The notes under the pieces are model-generated. The model was not told the origin of the DNA, ran no database searches, and saw only the letters and a list, made by a program, of their open reading frames with translations. A DNA stretch of 64,000 nt from contig JBAZXC010000002.1 in assembly GCA_041660065.1 (NCBI GenBank), positions 240,768 to 304,767 of the forward strand, written 5' to 3'. Shown here piece after piece: positions 29,099 to 40,124 of this stretch. The DNA comes from Parcubacteria group bacterium (GTDB lineage: Bacteria; Patescibacteriota; Minisyncoccia; Moranbacterales; GCA-2747515). The translations under genes and the position numbers were made by a program. Each line of letters starts with the position of its first letter. Within the stretch, counting starts at the first letter, position 1.

Positions 29099-29890
29099 TC
29101 AATGGTCATCAGCGACGTGATGTACATCCTCCGCGTTGACCCACAAACCAGAAAACATGGCGGCCATTGTTTCGTGTATTTCACGCGAATGAATAAGCAC
29201 TGCTGAAATATTTTTCATAGATGATATGAACGCAACTTTATCATCAAATATGATAATCACCGATTGAAATTTGCCATGCATGATCTTTGGGAGGTAGCGC
29301 GGATTCCTGTCGTGAACGTCCTCAAGTGTCAATGCCTGTGCATCTGGCGTATGTTCCCAAAGTGATCGTGCTTTGATGCGGTTTTCTTTTCGCGTTTTAA
29401 TATAATAACGGGCATAATTACTATCAAATTCACTGAAAAAATTTTTCTTTGGTGCAATAATGCTCCATTCTCGACTGCGACAATACAGCGCTTCTTCTAC
29501 AACCAGCTTAATACCTTCACTGCCTTCAAAATGGGATACTGTGAAATCCTCTTCCTTTTGTTTGCTACGATCCATCAAAAGCGGAATGATCGTGTCAACT
29601 TCTTTTTTCTTTTCTTGTAACAATTTGATCTCTCGATCAAGAAATTTTTTGATATTCTCAGGAGATGTCATAGTGAACAACAATTTTGCACCTGTACCGC
29701 TCTCACGTTTTGACACCAATCCTTTTTGAGTCAAGGTATCGAGCGCATGATAGATCGTCGTTCGATTGATCCGTGTTGTTTTTTCCAACTCTTTCACACT
29801 GATTGTTTCATAAGAGAGTCCAACAAGATAAATATCAATTTCTGTATCAGTAAGACCCATTTCATGAAGAATATTTTTAATTTGAGACAT
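29099..29890 (-). CDS. TrmB-family transcriptional regulator
   Basis: N-terminal wHTH: LGLTDTEIDIYLVGLSYETISVKELEKTTRINRTTIYHALDTLTQKGLV. Confidence 0.75.
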   Translation of the reverse strand: MSQIKNILHEMGLTDTEIDIYLVGLSYETISVKELEKTTRINRTTIYHALDTLTQKGLVSKRESGTGAKLLFTMTSPENIKKFLDREIKLLQEKKKEVDTIIPLLMDRSKQKEEDFTVSHFEGSEGIKLVVEEALYCRSREWSIIAPKKNFFSEFDSNYARYYIKTRKENRIKARSLWEHTPDAQALTLEDVHDRNPRYLPKIMHGKFQSVIIIFDDKVAFISSMKNISAVLIHSREIHETMAAMFSGLWVNAEDVHHVADDH

Positions 29891-30018
29891 ATTATTAAAA
29901 ATTTCACTTATGCATCAATTATAGCCATATTTACATTAGTGTCAACATATCATTGTATGTCATTATCCTTTATTACTCTAGTATTTTTATATTGTCATTT
30001 TTTTGTTATAAACACTTA

Positions 30019-30046
30019 TTGACGATTTATCCCCATCTTCTATGAT
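30019..30046 (+). promoter_or_regulatory. Candidate sigma-70 promoter for the coaB operon
   Basis: TTGACG, 16-nt spacer, TATGAT; about 75 nt upstream of coaB. Confidence 0.4.
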
Positions 30047-30119
30047 GATATTGTCATTTGGTACATTAACAATTTGTATAAAAACCAACGTGTCATCAAT
30101 CAAAAAAGGAGATTCTGCT

Positions 30120-30776
30120 ATGAAAATACTCATTACTGCCGGCAATACTCTCGTACCTATTGATCGCGTGCGTGCAATAACCAACATCTTCAAAGGAAGA
30201 ACGGGTGCTGCAATTGCAAATTTCTGTTCTCGTTCGGGAGCAAATGTCACACTGGTCACATCAAATCCGGACATTGTTCCTGTTGTCCCTACTGTGACGA
30301 TCATTCCATACAAAACATACGCCGATCTCGCTGAGATCATGCAACAACAGATCATGCATGGGTCATACGATGCTATCATCCACTCGGCTGCGGTAAGTGA
30401 TTATTCTGTAAGTGGCATATGCATAAAAGACGCAAATGGACAGCTGGTAAAAATCGATGCTACACAAAAAGTATCATCAAAACATGCTGAGCTCTATATG
30501 GAACTTTCACCCACGGAAAAACTCATTGATAAAATCAGATCTGACTGGGAATTTTCCAGGATGCTCATTAAATTCAAACTGGAAGTGGGACGATCCTATG
30601 ATGAATTAATTGCTATCGCTTTGGCAAGTGTTCGATCGTCCAATGCTGATCTCATTGTTGCAAATTGTTTGGAATGGTGTGATCGATCAGCAATGATCAT
30701 TTATGCGGATGGCGCATATATAGAAGTCGATCGCCATAAGCTACCGGAAGAATTGTGGAGGAGGATAAAGAGATGA
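30120..30776 (+). CDS. coaB: Phosphopantothenate-cysteine ligase (CoaB, DFP domain)
   Basis: KILITAGNTLVPIDRVRAITNIFKGRTGAAIANFCSRSGANVTLV matches the DFP consensus. SD AAGGAG lies before the internal ATG. Confidence 0.8.
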   Translation: MKILITAGNTLVPIDRVRAITNIFKGRTGAAIANFCSRSGANVTLVTSNPDIVPVVPTVTIIPYKTYADLAEIMQQQIMHGSYDAIIHSAAVSDYSVSGICIKDANGQLVKIDATQKVSSKHAELYMELSPTEKLIDKIRSDWEFSRMLIKFKLEVGRSYDELIAIALASVRSSNADLIVANCLEWCDRSAMIIYADGAYIEVDRHKLPEELWRRIKR

Positions 30777-31339
30777 AAAAAATTCTACTAGGTGTGACGG
30801 GTAGCGTTGCCGCAAAATTAACGCCAAAACTCGTGAATCTTCTTGAAACATCGCGTTATGAGGTGAGAGTTGTTGCTACTGAATGGTCCCTTTACTTTTG
30901 GGATCCAAAAACTGTAACTGTCCCTGTTTTTCGTGAAGCAGATGAATGGTCGGGTTTCAGTTATATAAAAGACCAACCCATTTTACACATTGATTTGTGC
31001 AATTGGGCTGATGTATTTTTGATTGCACCACTAACTGCTAACACGCTCGCTAAAATGGCGTGTGGCATATGTGACAATCTCATCACATCCGTGATAAGAG
31101 CATGGCCACTGGAAAAATCATTGGCGGTAGCGCCGTCCATGAACACACACATGTGGTTAAAACCCTTAACAAATCGCCACGTCGCAAATCTGGTGAATGA
31201 CTACCATGCAGAAATCATCTATCCGATTGAGAAACAGTTGGCGTGTGGTGAATATGGCATAGGTGCTATGGCCGAATTATCAACGATTATGGCAACATTG
31301 GAGCAAATAATCGTCAAAACTCATGGAGGCTTATCATGA
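30773..31339 (+). CDS. coaC: Phosphopantothenoylcysteine decarboxylase (flavoprotein)
   Basis: ILLGVTGSVAAKLTPKL...PLTANTLAKMACGICDNLI flavoprotein motifs. ATGA overlap with coaB. Confidence 0.8.
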   Translation: MKKILLGVTGSVAAKLTPKLVNLLETSRYEVRVVATEWSLYFWDPKTVTVPVFREADEWSGFSYIKDQPILHIDLCNWADVFLIAPLTANTLAKMACGICDNLITSVIRAWPLEKSLAVAPSMNTHMWLKPLTNRHVANLVNDYHAEIIYPIEKQLACGEYGIGAMAELSTIMATLEQIIVKTHGGLS

Positions 31340-32535
31340 AAATAACTATTTTTGGCGGACCAATCCATCAGAGTATTGATCCTGTAATGATGCTTGTTCC
31401 TACAGGAAAAGGTCATCTGGCACAGGAAATTGCAAGAGAGATGAGACAACACGTTGATGAGGTAGAATTGATTGGCAATTTTGATGGTAAGTTCACGCAT
31501 GATTTTCATGCGATCGAACAAGCAATTGAAAGTCTTGACTCACACATAGTGATCTTCATGCCGCATCTGCCAAACTTTTTTGCGCACCAACATCTTGATC
31601 ATAGTACAAGCCCTGGTCAGAAAATCCGGGTGAATGATGACGGTGTGGCAACGCTTGATCTTCATAGAGCGCCAAAGCTTCTGCCTCTGGTAAAGAAGCT
31701 TCATCCGGAAGTGCTTCTCGTACCGTTCAAGATCGCGGATCCTGATATGTCGATGGTTGATATTCTTCGCTGGATGCTCAACGCACACGCCGCATTGGCT
31801 GTGTATTCTCGACTTGGTAATTCGCAACACTTTTGGATCCTTGATGTCTTGGGCAATGAGATTGCTTGCACGAGAGCCAATTTGCCACAAGTATTAGCAA
31901 CAGAAATCCTGCATTTCACACGCGCAATTCGACGGCGATCAAAGCACGTGAGTGATAGCATTCCCTCTGTACCCCATGTGAAAGATTTCCTAGATTTTTC
32001 TCATGCCATGCAACCGGCATTCTCGCAGATCATCCAAAAAAATGTAGGTAGTGGACGCTGGCCGGGTAACTTTTCTTTTCGATGCACATACGGATTTCTG
32101 TCTGCACGTTTCGATCAAGGCTTTGTCATCACAAAGAGAAATGTGGCAAAATCCGGACTGACACAAAAAGATTTCGTCTATGTCGATGGGACACTTCATA
32201 ATGAAGCACTTCATTATGCAGGATCGGCAGACGCAAAACCAAGCGTTGACGCACCTGTGCATCGTGTAATTTATGCGGAGTTGCCATGGGTACAGGCCAT
32301 TGTACATGGACACCTCTTCTGTGAGGGATCGTACGTATATCCTGAGAAATTAACACGATGGCCATGCGGAGCAGAAAACGAAGCATATGAGGTAATCGCA
32401 AAAGCGCCCAAGGAAATGCATGATCTTTGGGTGGCAAATATTGATGGTCACGGATTCATTGCTCTCATTGGATCTGATCAAATCACGACCGGTCTCAAAA
32501 AATTACGCCTGTCGCAATATGCGATAAACCACTAA
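31336..32535 (+). CDS. Fusion protein: N-terminal DFP/CoaB-like domain plus C-terminal class II aldolase/adducin-like domain
   Basis: N-terminal TIFGGPIHQSIDPVMMLVPTGKGHLAQEIAREM (DFP-like). C-terminal KPSVDAPVHRVIYAELPWVQAIVHGH (class II aldolase H-x-H region). ATGA overlap with coaC. Confidence 0.55.
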   Translation: MKITIFGGPIHQSIDPVMMLVPTGKGHLAQEIAREMRQHVDEVELIGNFDGKFTHDFHAIEQAIESLDSHIVIFMPHLPNFFAHQHLDHSTSPGQKIRVNDDGVATLDLHRAPKLLPLVKKLHPEVLLVPFKIADPDMSMVDILRWMLNAHAALAVYSRLGNSQHFWILDVLGNEIACTRANLPQVLATEILHFTRAIRRRSKHVSDSIPSVPHVKDFLDFSHAMQPAFSQIIQKNVGSGRWPGNFSFRCTYGFLSARFDQGFVITKRNVAKSGLTQKDFVYVDGTLHNEALHYAGSADAKPSVDAPVHRVIYAELPWVQAIVHGHLFCEGSYVYPEKLTRWPCGAENEAYEVIAKAPKEMHDLWVANIDGHGFIALIGSDQITTGLKKLRLSQYAINH

Positions 32536-32544
32536 TCAAATATC

Positions 32545-32577
32545 CCGTTACTTTTAAAAAAGTAACGGGGCTTTTTA
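32545..32577 (+). terminator. Rho-independent terminator
   Basis: CCCGTTAC-ttttaaaaaa-GTAACGGG followed by GCTTTTT. Confidence 0.75.
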
Positions 32578-33500
32578 TCCCGATAACGACTTATGCACAT
32601 CATATACATACCCTCATCAACAAAACAAAAAACGCTTTTTACAGCGTTTGTTGTTAAACATTTTCCGGCGAATTTTCTTTGTTTCTCATCGAGAAATGTT
32701 TAGAAAGATTCACCGGGCACCAAGTGGCCCGAATAGTAAATAAAACTTGGGCATGGTGCCCGGTATAGTTCGCATGCACGAACATGTAACCTAATGAAGT
32801 GGTCTCGCACCGGGTGAAGTATGCGATATACTTACGGAGTCTACATGTATTTTCTGTACATGCAATGTGCAACAACATTCCCTATATTCTGTTGTTGATA
32901 CTTCCACCATCCTACGGATAACCCCTATTTTGTTTAAAAGAACAGATCCATTTAATTTTTTTATTTGTTTTCATGGACATTACCTCCAAATTTTTGAAGA
33001 TAACTATTTTTATTTTTGTTTAAAATTATGCGAAGCGTGGGAAATTTGAACTGCTCCGCGTGCATCGATTATTTAATCAATGCAGTAGGACAGGGGAAGG
33101 ATTTCCAACCACAAATAGGGGGAAATTGTGATTGGAAATTCTTCCTCCGTCAATATGCGATTTTTAAAGAAAGCGTTTTCTGTGGATATCTCTTGCCTCA
33201 CACTTACAAAGTAATTATAGCACATTTTTTACCCTCGGTCAAAGCTTGGTGCCCAATTTCCTTGTAAATAAAATGCTTTTTGACATTGCAAAAACTTTTT
33301 ATACAGCAATAGTTTACACATACTCTTTTAAAAAAGAAAATCTTTTTATTTTTAATGTAATTTATACACACGTTATACACATAATCACATGTTATCCACA
33401 ATGAATTTCCTGATCAACCTCTCTTCTGCTGTTGCAAAAAACGCACACAAGCAAAATGGCCTCTTTACCATGTCAAGAGTTCATCATTTATCGTAAATTT

Positions 33501-34610
33501 TTAATATGTAAATTCTCCTGATTTTGAAGGTGCTATCGTATCATTTTTAATATCATCCAACATTGCACGCAATGTATCTTTTGATGTACCAACGATGAGC
33601 CTCTGACCATTGATCGTATAGTCAACAGAGTATGATTCGCTTTGATCAAGATTTGTATATCTGATTGGATGCGTATTGTATGTACTATCATTGAAAATAG
33701 CACTCTGTGGCACAACGATCAGGTTATCAAAAAATAATGCCAGACTTTTTGGCAGCTCAGATTCTTTTGTCTTAAGACTTTCCTGTAAAAGATTAACGTT
33801 CTTCGTATCAATTGCAAGTCCAAAACGCACACCATAGGAAGGATCCTTGTATGCGTAGATCTCAAAGTTTTCTTCAAGGGATGATATGATCTCTTGTGGT
33901 AAATTGATGCCAGAGGAGATCGCAAACACATGAAATGATACTGGGTTATTATGCGCATCCGTCACAATAAATTTTACAGGTTCTTGAATATCCGAATTTT
34001 GCATATTACCTTTGATCGTTTTAAGCCCGCTTGCAATGTCATTTTTTGCTGTTGCACTTTCCACATCAAAAGAAAAATAATTTGGCAGGTCTAAAGCATA
34101 GGCGTGAGATTCTTCCGGAGATACAACTTTATCGTCCACAACAGTTTCCTCCACGGGGAGATCGATCTCAACCGGCGCACGACGATTCATCAATAAATAT
34201 CCACCAAACAACATCGCGCCAATCAAAAACAAAACAACAAAAACGATCATGACACTATGCAGGGAATTTTTTTTCTGAGGCGGTGTGGATGGTTTTTTCA
34301 ATGGCAAAGGAACCCCTTCTTGCACCATATCACTTGGCACCTGGTTAATTCTTTCCTGTTGTTCCTTTTTTGGTGTGTTTGCAAAAGGATCTGTTGATGA
34401 TTGTTCTTGTGCATCCAAAAATGGATTTGCTGCGAGATTTTGTTGCAATTGCTCATTTTTTCCAAAAGTTCCTTTACTTTCCATTTTTCCCTCATTTTTT
34501 TCTTGTGATGTTTTTGGCATAGTGGTAGCATCTTTTTTCATCGTATGCACTTCAAAAACATAAGCGGGATCTATTGTTGTATTATCGGATTTTTTTGTTT
34601 TATTTTCCAT
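33501..34610 (-). CDS. Hypothetical membrane-anchored protein
   Basis: 369 aa. Low-complexity N-terminal region, single TM (VMIVFVVLFLIGAMLFGGYLL), extracytoplasmic C-terminal domain. Confidence 0.5.
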   Translation of the reverse strand: MENKTKKSDNTTIDPAYVFEVHTMKKDATTMPKTSQEKNEGKMESKGTFGKNEQLQQNLAANPFLDAQEQSSTDPFANTPKKEQQERINQVPSDMVQEGVPLPLKKPSTPPQKKNSLHSVMIVFVVLFLIGAMLFGGYLLMNRRAPVEIDLPVEETVVDDKVVSPEESHAYALDLPNYFSFDVESATAKNDIASGLKTIKGNMQNSDIQEPVKFIVTDAHNNPVSFHVFAISSGINLPQEIISSLEENFEIYAYKDPSYGVRFGLAIDTKNVNLLQESLKTKESELPKSLALFFDNLIVVPQSAIFNDSTYNTHPIRYTNLDQSESYSVDYTINGQRLIVGTSKDTLRAMLDDIKNDTIAPSKSGEFTY

Positions 34611-34713
34611 ATATCATCTTTTTTAAACAAAAGACATTACATAAAATGTAATGTCTTCATTATACACCATATTGCACAACTCAGGAAATACTCACGGTCA
34701 ATTGCTTGATGGT

Positions 34714-36834
34714 TTATCTTTGATCAGGTTTCGGGATCAAGACTTTCATCGAAAGATTTACACGACCTTGTGCATCGATCTCTTTCACTTTTACCGCTAC
34801 CTTATCGCCAATTTTTACCACATCTTCTACTTTGTTTACTCGCTGATGTGCGAGCTCGCTGATGTGTACCAAGCCATCTTTACCAGGCAACACTTCTACA
34901 AAAGCGCCAAAATCCATAATGCGCACAACGGTTCCTTCAAATATCTCTCCAGCCACAATCTCTCTCGTGAGATCATGAATGATCGAACGTGCCATTTCTC
35001 CGCCTTTTGCATCTACCGCTGTGATAAATACACTTCCATCATCCTCGATATCGATATCAACACCTGTTCTTGCAATGATGTCATTGATCACTTTACCACC
35101 TGGTCCGATGACATCGCGAATTTTGTCCGGGTTGATCTGCATAGTGATAATACGTGGAGCAAATGGGGAAAGGTCAGCATTTGGCACTGGAATTGTTGCC
35201 AACATTTTACCCAAAATATGCATCCGTCCTTCACGTGCTTGCATAAGCGTTGCACGAAACATCTCCGTGTTGATACCTGCCATCTTCACATCCATCTGTA
35301 CAGCAGTAATTCCCTTTTCCGTTCCTGCAACCTTGAGATCCATATCGCCGTAATGATCTTCTGCACCTTGAATATCCGAAAGCACCTTGTATTCTCCTGT
35401 TGTAAAATCCGTCATCATGCCCATCGCAATACCACTTACTGGCCGCACAATCGGTACGCCGGTATTCATTAATGACAATGTTGATCCACATGTTGCCGCC
35501 ATTGATGACGAACCGTTTGACTCTAAAATTTCTGAGACAAGCAAAATTGTATATGGAAAAACTTCTTTTGTCGGAATAACCGGCATCAGTGCTTTTTCTG
35601 CAAGCGCCCCATGTCCAATCTCCCGTCGTCCCGGTCCGCGCATAAAGCGTACTTCCCCCACAGAAAATGGTGGGAAATTGTAGTGATGGATATAGCGTTT
35701 TTTCTCATCAACTTCCATAGTATCAATGATTTGCTGATCACCAGGCGCACCAAGTGTTGTTACAGTCAATGCCTGTGTCTCACCGCGCGTAAAAAGTCCG
35801 GAACCATGCGTGCGTGGCAGAAGCCCCACCTCACACGTGATCGGTCGAATTTCCGCTGTTGCGCGACCATCCGGTCGGCGATCATTCTTGATGATGTTGC
35901 GATGCACAATTTCATCACACACCTCATCAAACACAAGAGAAAACACATCATTAAAACCTATGAGGTCTTCTTCGGCAAGACTTTGCAATAACTCTTCTTT
36001 TGTCGATTCCTTCACTTTTGCCGTTTGTTCTGCAATTTCTGCCTTTGTGCCATAAAGCGCAGCCTCAATATTATGCTTGACCAACACCTCTTTGATACGA
36101 TTCTCACATACTTGAGTACCCATGAGATATGTTGCTTCTCTCTTTTGCTTACCAGCTTCTGCCGCAATACCTTGGATGAATTGTGCAATCTGTGTAACAA
36201 CAACATGTCCCGCCTCAAAAGCCCGCACAACATCCTCTTCTGGTATTTCATATGCTCCCGCTTCGATCATATTGATCTTTTCTTCTGTGCCGGAGAGTGT
36301 AAGATTCATTGTGCTTGCCACTTCTTGCTCCGTTGTCGGATTGATTACTATTTGTCCATCCACCATACCAACTTCCACAGCAGCCACAGGACCATTCCAT
36401 GGAATATCCGAGATTGATAGTGCCGCTGATGCCGCAATGATCGAAATAATATCCGGATCATTTTGTCCATCAATTGACTGCACAGTGATCACCACCTGCA
36501 CTTCATTGCGCATGCGCATGTCAAAAAGCGGTCGAATTGTACGATCGACTGCACGTCCAGCCAAGACTGCCTCATCACTTGGACGTCCTTCACGCTTGAT
36601 AAAACGTGAGCCCTTGATCTTCCCCGCTGCATAATAACGCTCTTCATAATCCACCATGAGGGGGAAATACCCCATCACATTGCTCTTGTCCTTACTCATC
36701 ACGGCAGTCGCCAATACCTGCGTATCACCATACCGCACTGTCACAGCACCACTTGCTTGTTTTGCCAACTTCCCTGTTTCAATGGTAAGTGTGCGCCCAG
36801 CCACATCCAGCGACCACATTTTCTGTTCACCCAT
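34714..36834 (-). CDS. pnp: Polyribonucleotide nucleotidyltransferase (PNPase)
   Basis: 706 aa. Two RNase PH domains, KH, and C-terminal S1 (...[20 protein letters not shown]...). Confidence 0.97.
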   Translation of the reverse strand: MGEQKMWSLDVAGRTLTIETGKLAKQASGAVTVRYGDTQVLATAVMSKDKSNVMGYFPLMVDYEERYYAAGKIKGSRFIKREGRPSDEAVLAGRAVDRTIRPLFDMRMRNEVQVVITVQSIDGQNDPDIISIIAASAALSISDIPWNGPVAAVEVGMVDGQIVINPTTEQEVASTMNLTLSGTEEKINMIEAGAYEIPEEDVVRAFEAGHVVVTQIAQFIQGIAAEAGKQKREATYLMGTQVCENRIKEVLVKHNIEAALYGTKAEIAEQTAKVKESTKEELLQSLAEEDLIGFNDVFSLVFDEVCDEIVHRNIIKNDRRPDGRATAEIRPITCEVGLLPRTHGSGLFTRGETQALTVTTLGAPGDQQIIDTMEVDEKKRYIHHYNFPPFSVGEVRFMRGPGRREIGHGALAEKALMPVIPTKEVFPYTILLVSEILESNGSSSMAATCGSTLSLMNTGVPIVRPVSGIAMGMMTDFTTGEYKVLSDIQGAEDHYGDMDLKVAGTEKGITAVQMDVKMAGINTEMFRATLMQAREGRMHILGKMLATIPVPNADLSPFAPRIITMQINPDKIRDVIGPGGKVINDIIARTGVDIDIEDDGSVFITAVDAKGGEMARSIIHDLTREIVAGEIFEGTVVRIMDFGAFVEVLPGKDGLVHISELAHQRVNKVEDVVKIGDKVAVKVKEIDAQGRVNLSMKVLIPKPDQR

Positions 36835-37118
36835 ATATATGAACGGAAGAAACTACTTGCATGAACTATAAATATACATACACACACTGCATATACATTC
36901 AATGCAATACATATAAGTATCTTCATAGACCTCAAATAATCCTCCCGTATTTTACAATTTAACTGCATCCAGTGTGTCACATTTTCCCCCAAAAGTCAAA
37001 GAAATATTTGACCTATTGCATAGTTAGTCCTTTTGTAGTATAGTGAACGATGTAATTGATTTATTTTCTCGTGTATGGTGGTGATCTGATTACGACCATA
37101 TCGCAGAAGCAAAACACT

Positions 37119-37394
37119 ATGGCTCTGACAAAACGTCAAAAAGCGAACGCCACAAAAGATGTAAAAAGGCATGATACGGATACAGGCTCTCCAGAATATC
37201 AAGTTGCCCTTTTTACCACACAGATTTCCAAATTAACAGCACATCTCAAGAAGAACAAGCAAGATTTTCACTCACGCAGAGGACTTCTAAAGATGGTAGC
37301 AAAACGCAAAAAACTCCTTGATTATCTCGCACGGACGGATGAAAAAACCTATAAAAAAGTCGTAAAAAAACTTGAACTGAGAGAGCGTAAATAA
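37119..37394 (+). CDS. rpsO: 30S ribosomal protein S15
   Basis: MALTKRQKANATKDVKRHDTDTGSPEYQVALFTTQISKLTAHLKKNKQDFHSRRGLLKMVAKRKKLLDYL. Confidence 0.9.
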   Translation: MALTKRQKANATKDVKRHDTDTGSPEYQVALFTTQISKLTAHLKKNKQDFHSRRGLLKMVAKRKKLLDYLARTDEKTYKKVVKKLELRERK

Positions 37395-37454
37395 TACGCT
37401 CTTTCCTTTTTATAATCTGTGCTAAAATAGCAATATATTATTTATACTACTTTT

Positions 37455-37949
37455 ATGAAACACAAAGATCAGCGCATAGGGCTTCTTATTGACATACAAA
37501 ATCTCTACTACAGCGCTCGCGTACTTTATGGACGCAAGGTAAACTTCAAAAACCTTCTCTCTTCTGCTGTGGAGGGTCGCAAACTCATTCGTGCAATCGG
37601 TTATGGCATCTCCACAGAAGAGGCTCAGGAGGAAAAATTCTTTGACGCATTGGAAAATCTCGGATTTGAGGTCAAAACGAAAGATCTACAAATTTTTGCC
37701 GGCGGGCAAAAAAAGGGAGACTGGGACGTCGGCATCGCGATTGATGCGATCAAATTATCCAAAAGTGTTGACGTTATCATTCTTGCTTCCGGCGATGGCG
37801 ACTATGTCCCTCTTGTGGAATACATCCAAAATACTACCGGTTGCCGCGTAGAAGGCGTTGCCTTTGGCGAATCCACAAGCACACGACTGATTGAAACGCT
37901 TAATGATTTTCTCAATCTTTCTTCCGACAAAAAACGTTTTTTGATCTAA
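37455..37949 (+). CDS. NYN/LabA-like (PIN-fold) domain protein
   Basis: IGLLIDIQNLYYSA...DVGIAIDAIKL...DVIILASGDGDYVPLVEYI. Confidence 0.8.
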   Translation: MKHKDQRIGLLIDIQNLYYSARVLYGRKVNFKNLLSSAVEGRKLIRAIGYGISTEEAQEEKFFDALENLGFEVKTKDLQIFAGGQKKGDWDVGIAIDAIKLSKSVDVIILASGDGDYVPLVEYIQNTTGCRVEGVAFGESTSTRLIETLNDFLNLSSDKKRFLI

Positions 37950-38206
37950 AAAATACCGCTCTCTTGCATTTTTACGTTTTTTGTTCTATACTGGTCAAAC
38001 AATGGTAATTATTAAACAAGTGAATACTTGCCCACATATTTGTGGATAAGCGGAGAAAATGTCTTAATTTTCCCCGATACGCTTTCTTAATAATTTCCCT
38101 TTGTGGAAATTTTTTGCATCTCTCGTAAATTATTAACAATCCACTATGAGATGCGTGGATTATGGATCAACACCAATGTATGTGTTTGACCCACAAATGA
38201 ACCTTT

Positions 38207-39490
38207 ATGGCAAAGACTGATGAACTGTTAGACAAGATCGTAGAAGAAGTCAAGGCAAGTAGCAAAGCAAAAGCAGAAGCTGCTGCCCAAGTAAAAATTG
38301 AGAAATCAAACCCCCAACCAGAGCCAATTGTGGATGATATGGCTACTCTTTTGGACACCGACACAATAAAAGTGCCTCACGTGGGCGATGTAGTCGAGGC
38401 AACTGTTATTGATATTTCTGCAAGCGTGGTGTTATTGGACATTGGCCCGATTGGTACAGGCATGGTAATTGGTCGCGAAGCAAAGAGCGGTCTTTCTGCT
38501 GATGAAAAATTGCGCCCAGGAAGCACGGTACAAGCAACAGTTGTTGACTTGGACAATGATGAGGGCTATATCGAATTATCGATCCGTGAAGCTTCTTACG
38601 AACGTGCATGGGATGATCTTCGAGAAAAAATGGAAAACAAAGAAACGATCATGGTCAAGATGCTCGATGCAAACAAAGGTGGTCTCATGGTAGAGGTCAA
38701 TGGTGTCGTGGGATTCCTTCCTGTATCACAATTGTCAAGCAAAAACTATCCACGCGTAGAAGATGGCGATAAAAATAAAATTCTTGATTTGCTCAAACGA
38801 TTGGTAAGCCAAGAACTGCCTGTGCGCATCATCGATATCAATCAAGAAGAGGAAAAATTGATCGTTTCAGAAAAAGCCGCCCTCAGCGATCGTGAGCGCA
38901 AAGCAATCTCCGGATTACACGTAGGTGACACGATCACTGGTGAAGTGAGTGGTGTTGTCGATTTTGGTGCATTTGTCAAATTTGTTCCGGCTGGCGCTGA
39001 TCTTGCAGACGAAGATGCTCGACTAGAAGGATTGATCCATATCAGCGAGCTTGCATGGCAATTGATCGACAATCCGCGTGAAGTGATCAAGGTGGGTGAT
39101 CGAACAGAAGCAAAGATCATCGGCATTGATGATACACGCATTTCACTTTCAATCAAAGCACTCAAAGAAGACCCCTGGACTAAAATCACTGAAAAATACA
39201 CTGTGGGACAGATCTACAAAGGAAAGGTTGACAAGATCAATCATTTCGGTGCATTTGTTTATCTCGATAACGATATTCACGGTCTTGCACATGTAAGCGA
39301 GTTTCAAGAAATGTACCCGGGCAAAAAACTCGATGAGAAGATTGCCCTAAAAGAGGAATTCATGTGGAAAATCCTATCAATTGAACCGAAAGAGCATCGC
39401 ATGGGACTTGTACTCATCGATGAAAAAAAGATGAAGGAGCTGGAGTCAAAAGCTGATGCGCCAAAAGAAGAGGTTGCACCAAAAAAATAG
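38207..39490 (+). CDS. rpsA: 30S ribosomal protein S1 (four S1 domains)
   Basis: Repeated S1 OB-fold motifs (GDVVEATVIDI..., GDTITGEVSGVVDFGAFVKF..., GQIYKGKVDKINHFGAFVYL...). Confidence 0.9.
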   Translation: MAKTDELLDKIVEEVKASSKAKAEAAAQVKIEKSNPQPEPIVDDMATLLDTDTIKVPHVGDVVEATVIDISASVVLLDIGPIGTGMVIGREAKSGLSADEKLRPGSTVQATVVDLDNDEGYIELSIREASYERAWDDLREKMENKETIMVKMLDANKGGLMVEVNGVVGFLPVSQLSSKNYPRVEDGDKNKILDLLKRLVSQELPVRIIDINQEEEKLIVSEKAALSDRERKAISGLHVGDTITGEVSGVVDFGAFVKFVPAGADLADEDARLEGLIHISELAWQLIDNPREVIKVGDRTEAKIIGIDDTRISLSIKALKEDPWTKITEKYTVGQIYKGKVDKINHFGAFVYLDNDIHGLAHVSEFQEMYPGKKLDEKIALKEEFMWKILSIEPKEHRMGLVLIDEKKMKELESKADAPKEEVAPKK

Positions 39491-39559
39491 TCTCAATGCG
39501 CCCGGAAATGTTTCCGGGCGCTTTTGTTTCATAGATAATACATTTAATTATACGAATAT

Positions 39560-40114
39560 ATGATTATCACGATCACAGGAGATCCCGGCTCCGGCAAAAG
39601 CACGATTGGCAAAAAATTAGAACGGGATCTCGGTTACAAAAGATATTATATGGGCCAAATTCGTCGCGACGCGGCAAAAAAGAAAGGGATGACATTGGAA
39701 GAATATAATGCATATGGCGAAGAGCATCCCGAGACAGACCACGACGTGGACGCCTACCAGAAAAAGCTTGGCGATACAGAAGATAATTTTATCATCGAGG
39801 GTCGCACAAGTTGGTTTTTGATCCCACAATCCGTCAAAATTTATATCAAAGTAGATCCATTGGAGGGGGCTCGACGCATTTTTTCCGATCTATCGATCAA
39901 TCACGGTCGCAACGAAGGATCTAACCTCAAAAGCGTAGAGGATGTTTTGGCAAGTAATAATAAAAGAACACGAAGCGATGACGCCCGTTACAAAAAATAC
40001 TATAACAAGGACTGCTTTGATCTCAAAAATTATGATTTTGTCCTCGATACAACACACTTGACGCCGGATGAAGCCTATGAAAAAATCCGTCAATATATTA
40101 TCTCCCGCACATAA
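39560..40114 (+). CDS. cmk: Cytidylate kinase (archaeal-type/short Cmk family)
   Basis: P-loop MIITITGDPGSGKSTIGKKL. Classic bacterial position immediately next to rpsA. Confidence 0.75.
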   Translation: MIITITGDPGSGKSTIGKKLERDLGYKRYYMGQIRRDAAKKKGMTLEEYNAYGEEHPETDHDVDAYQKKLGDTEDNFIIEGRTSWFLIPQSVKIYIKVDPLEGARRIFSDLSINHGRNEGSNLKSVEDVLASNNKRTRSDDARYKKYYNKDCFDLKNYDFVLDTTHLTPDEAYEKIRQYIISRT

Positions 40115-40124
40115 ATTTTTCTTT

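Noticed and set aside
32654-32878. 74-aa minus-strand ORF and a possible structured RNA (riboswitch-like hairpins GGGCA-tgg-TGCCC, CGGGC...GCCCG) in the 32.6-32.9 kb spacer
   Set aside because: No match to riboswitch consensus motifs I know (B12, TPP, SAM, fluoride, preQ1). Hairpins may simply be terminators in a convergent spacer. Noted only as part of the oriC-candidate region.
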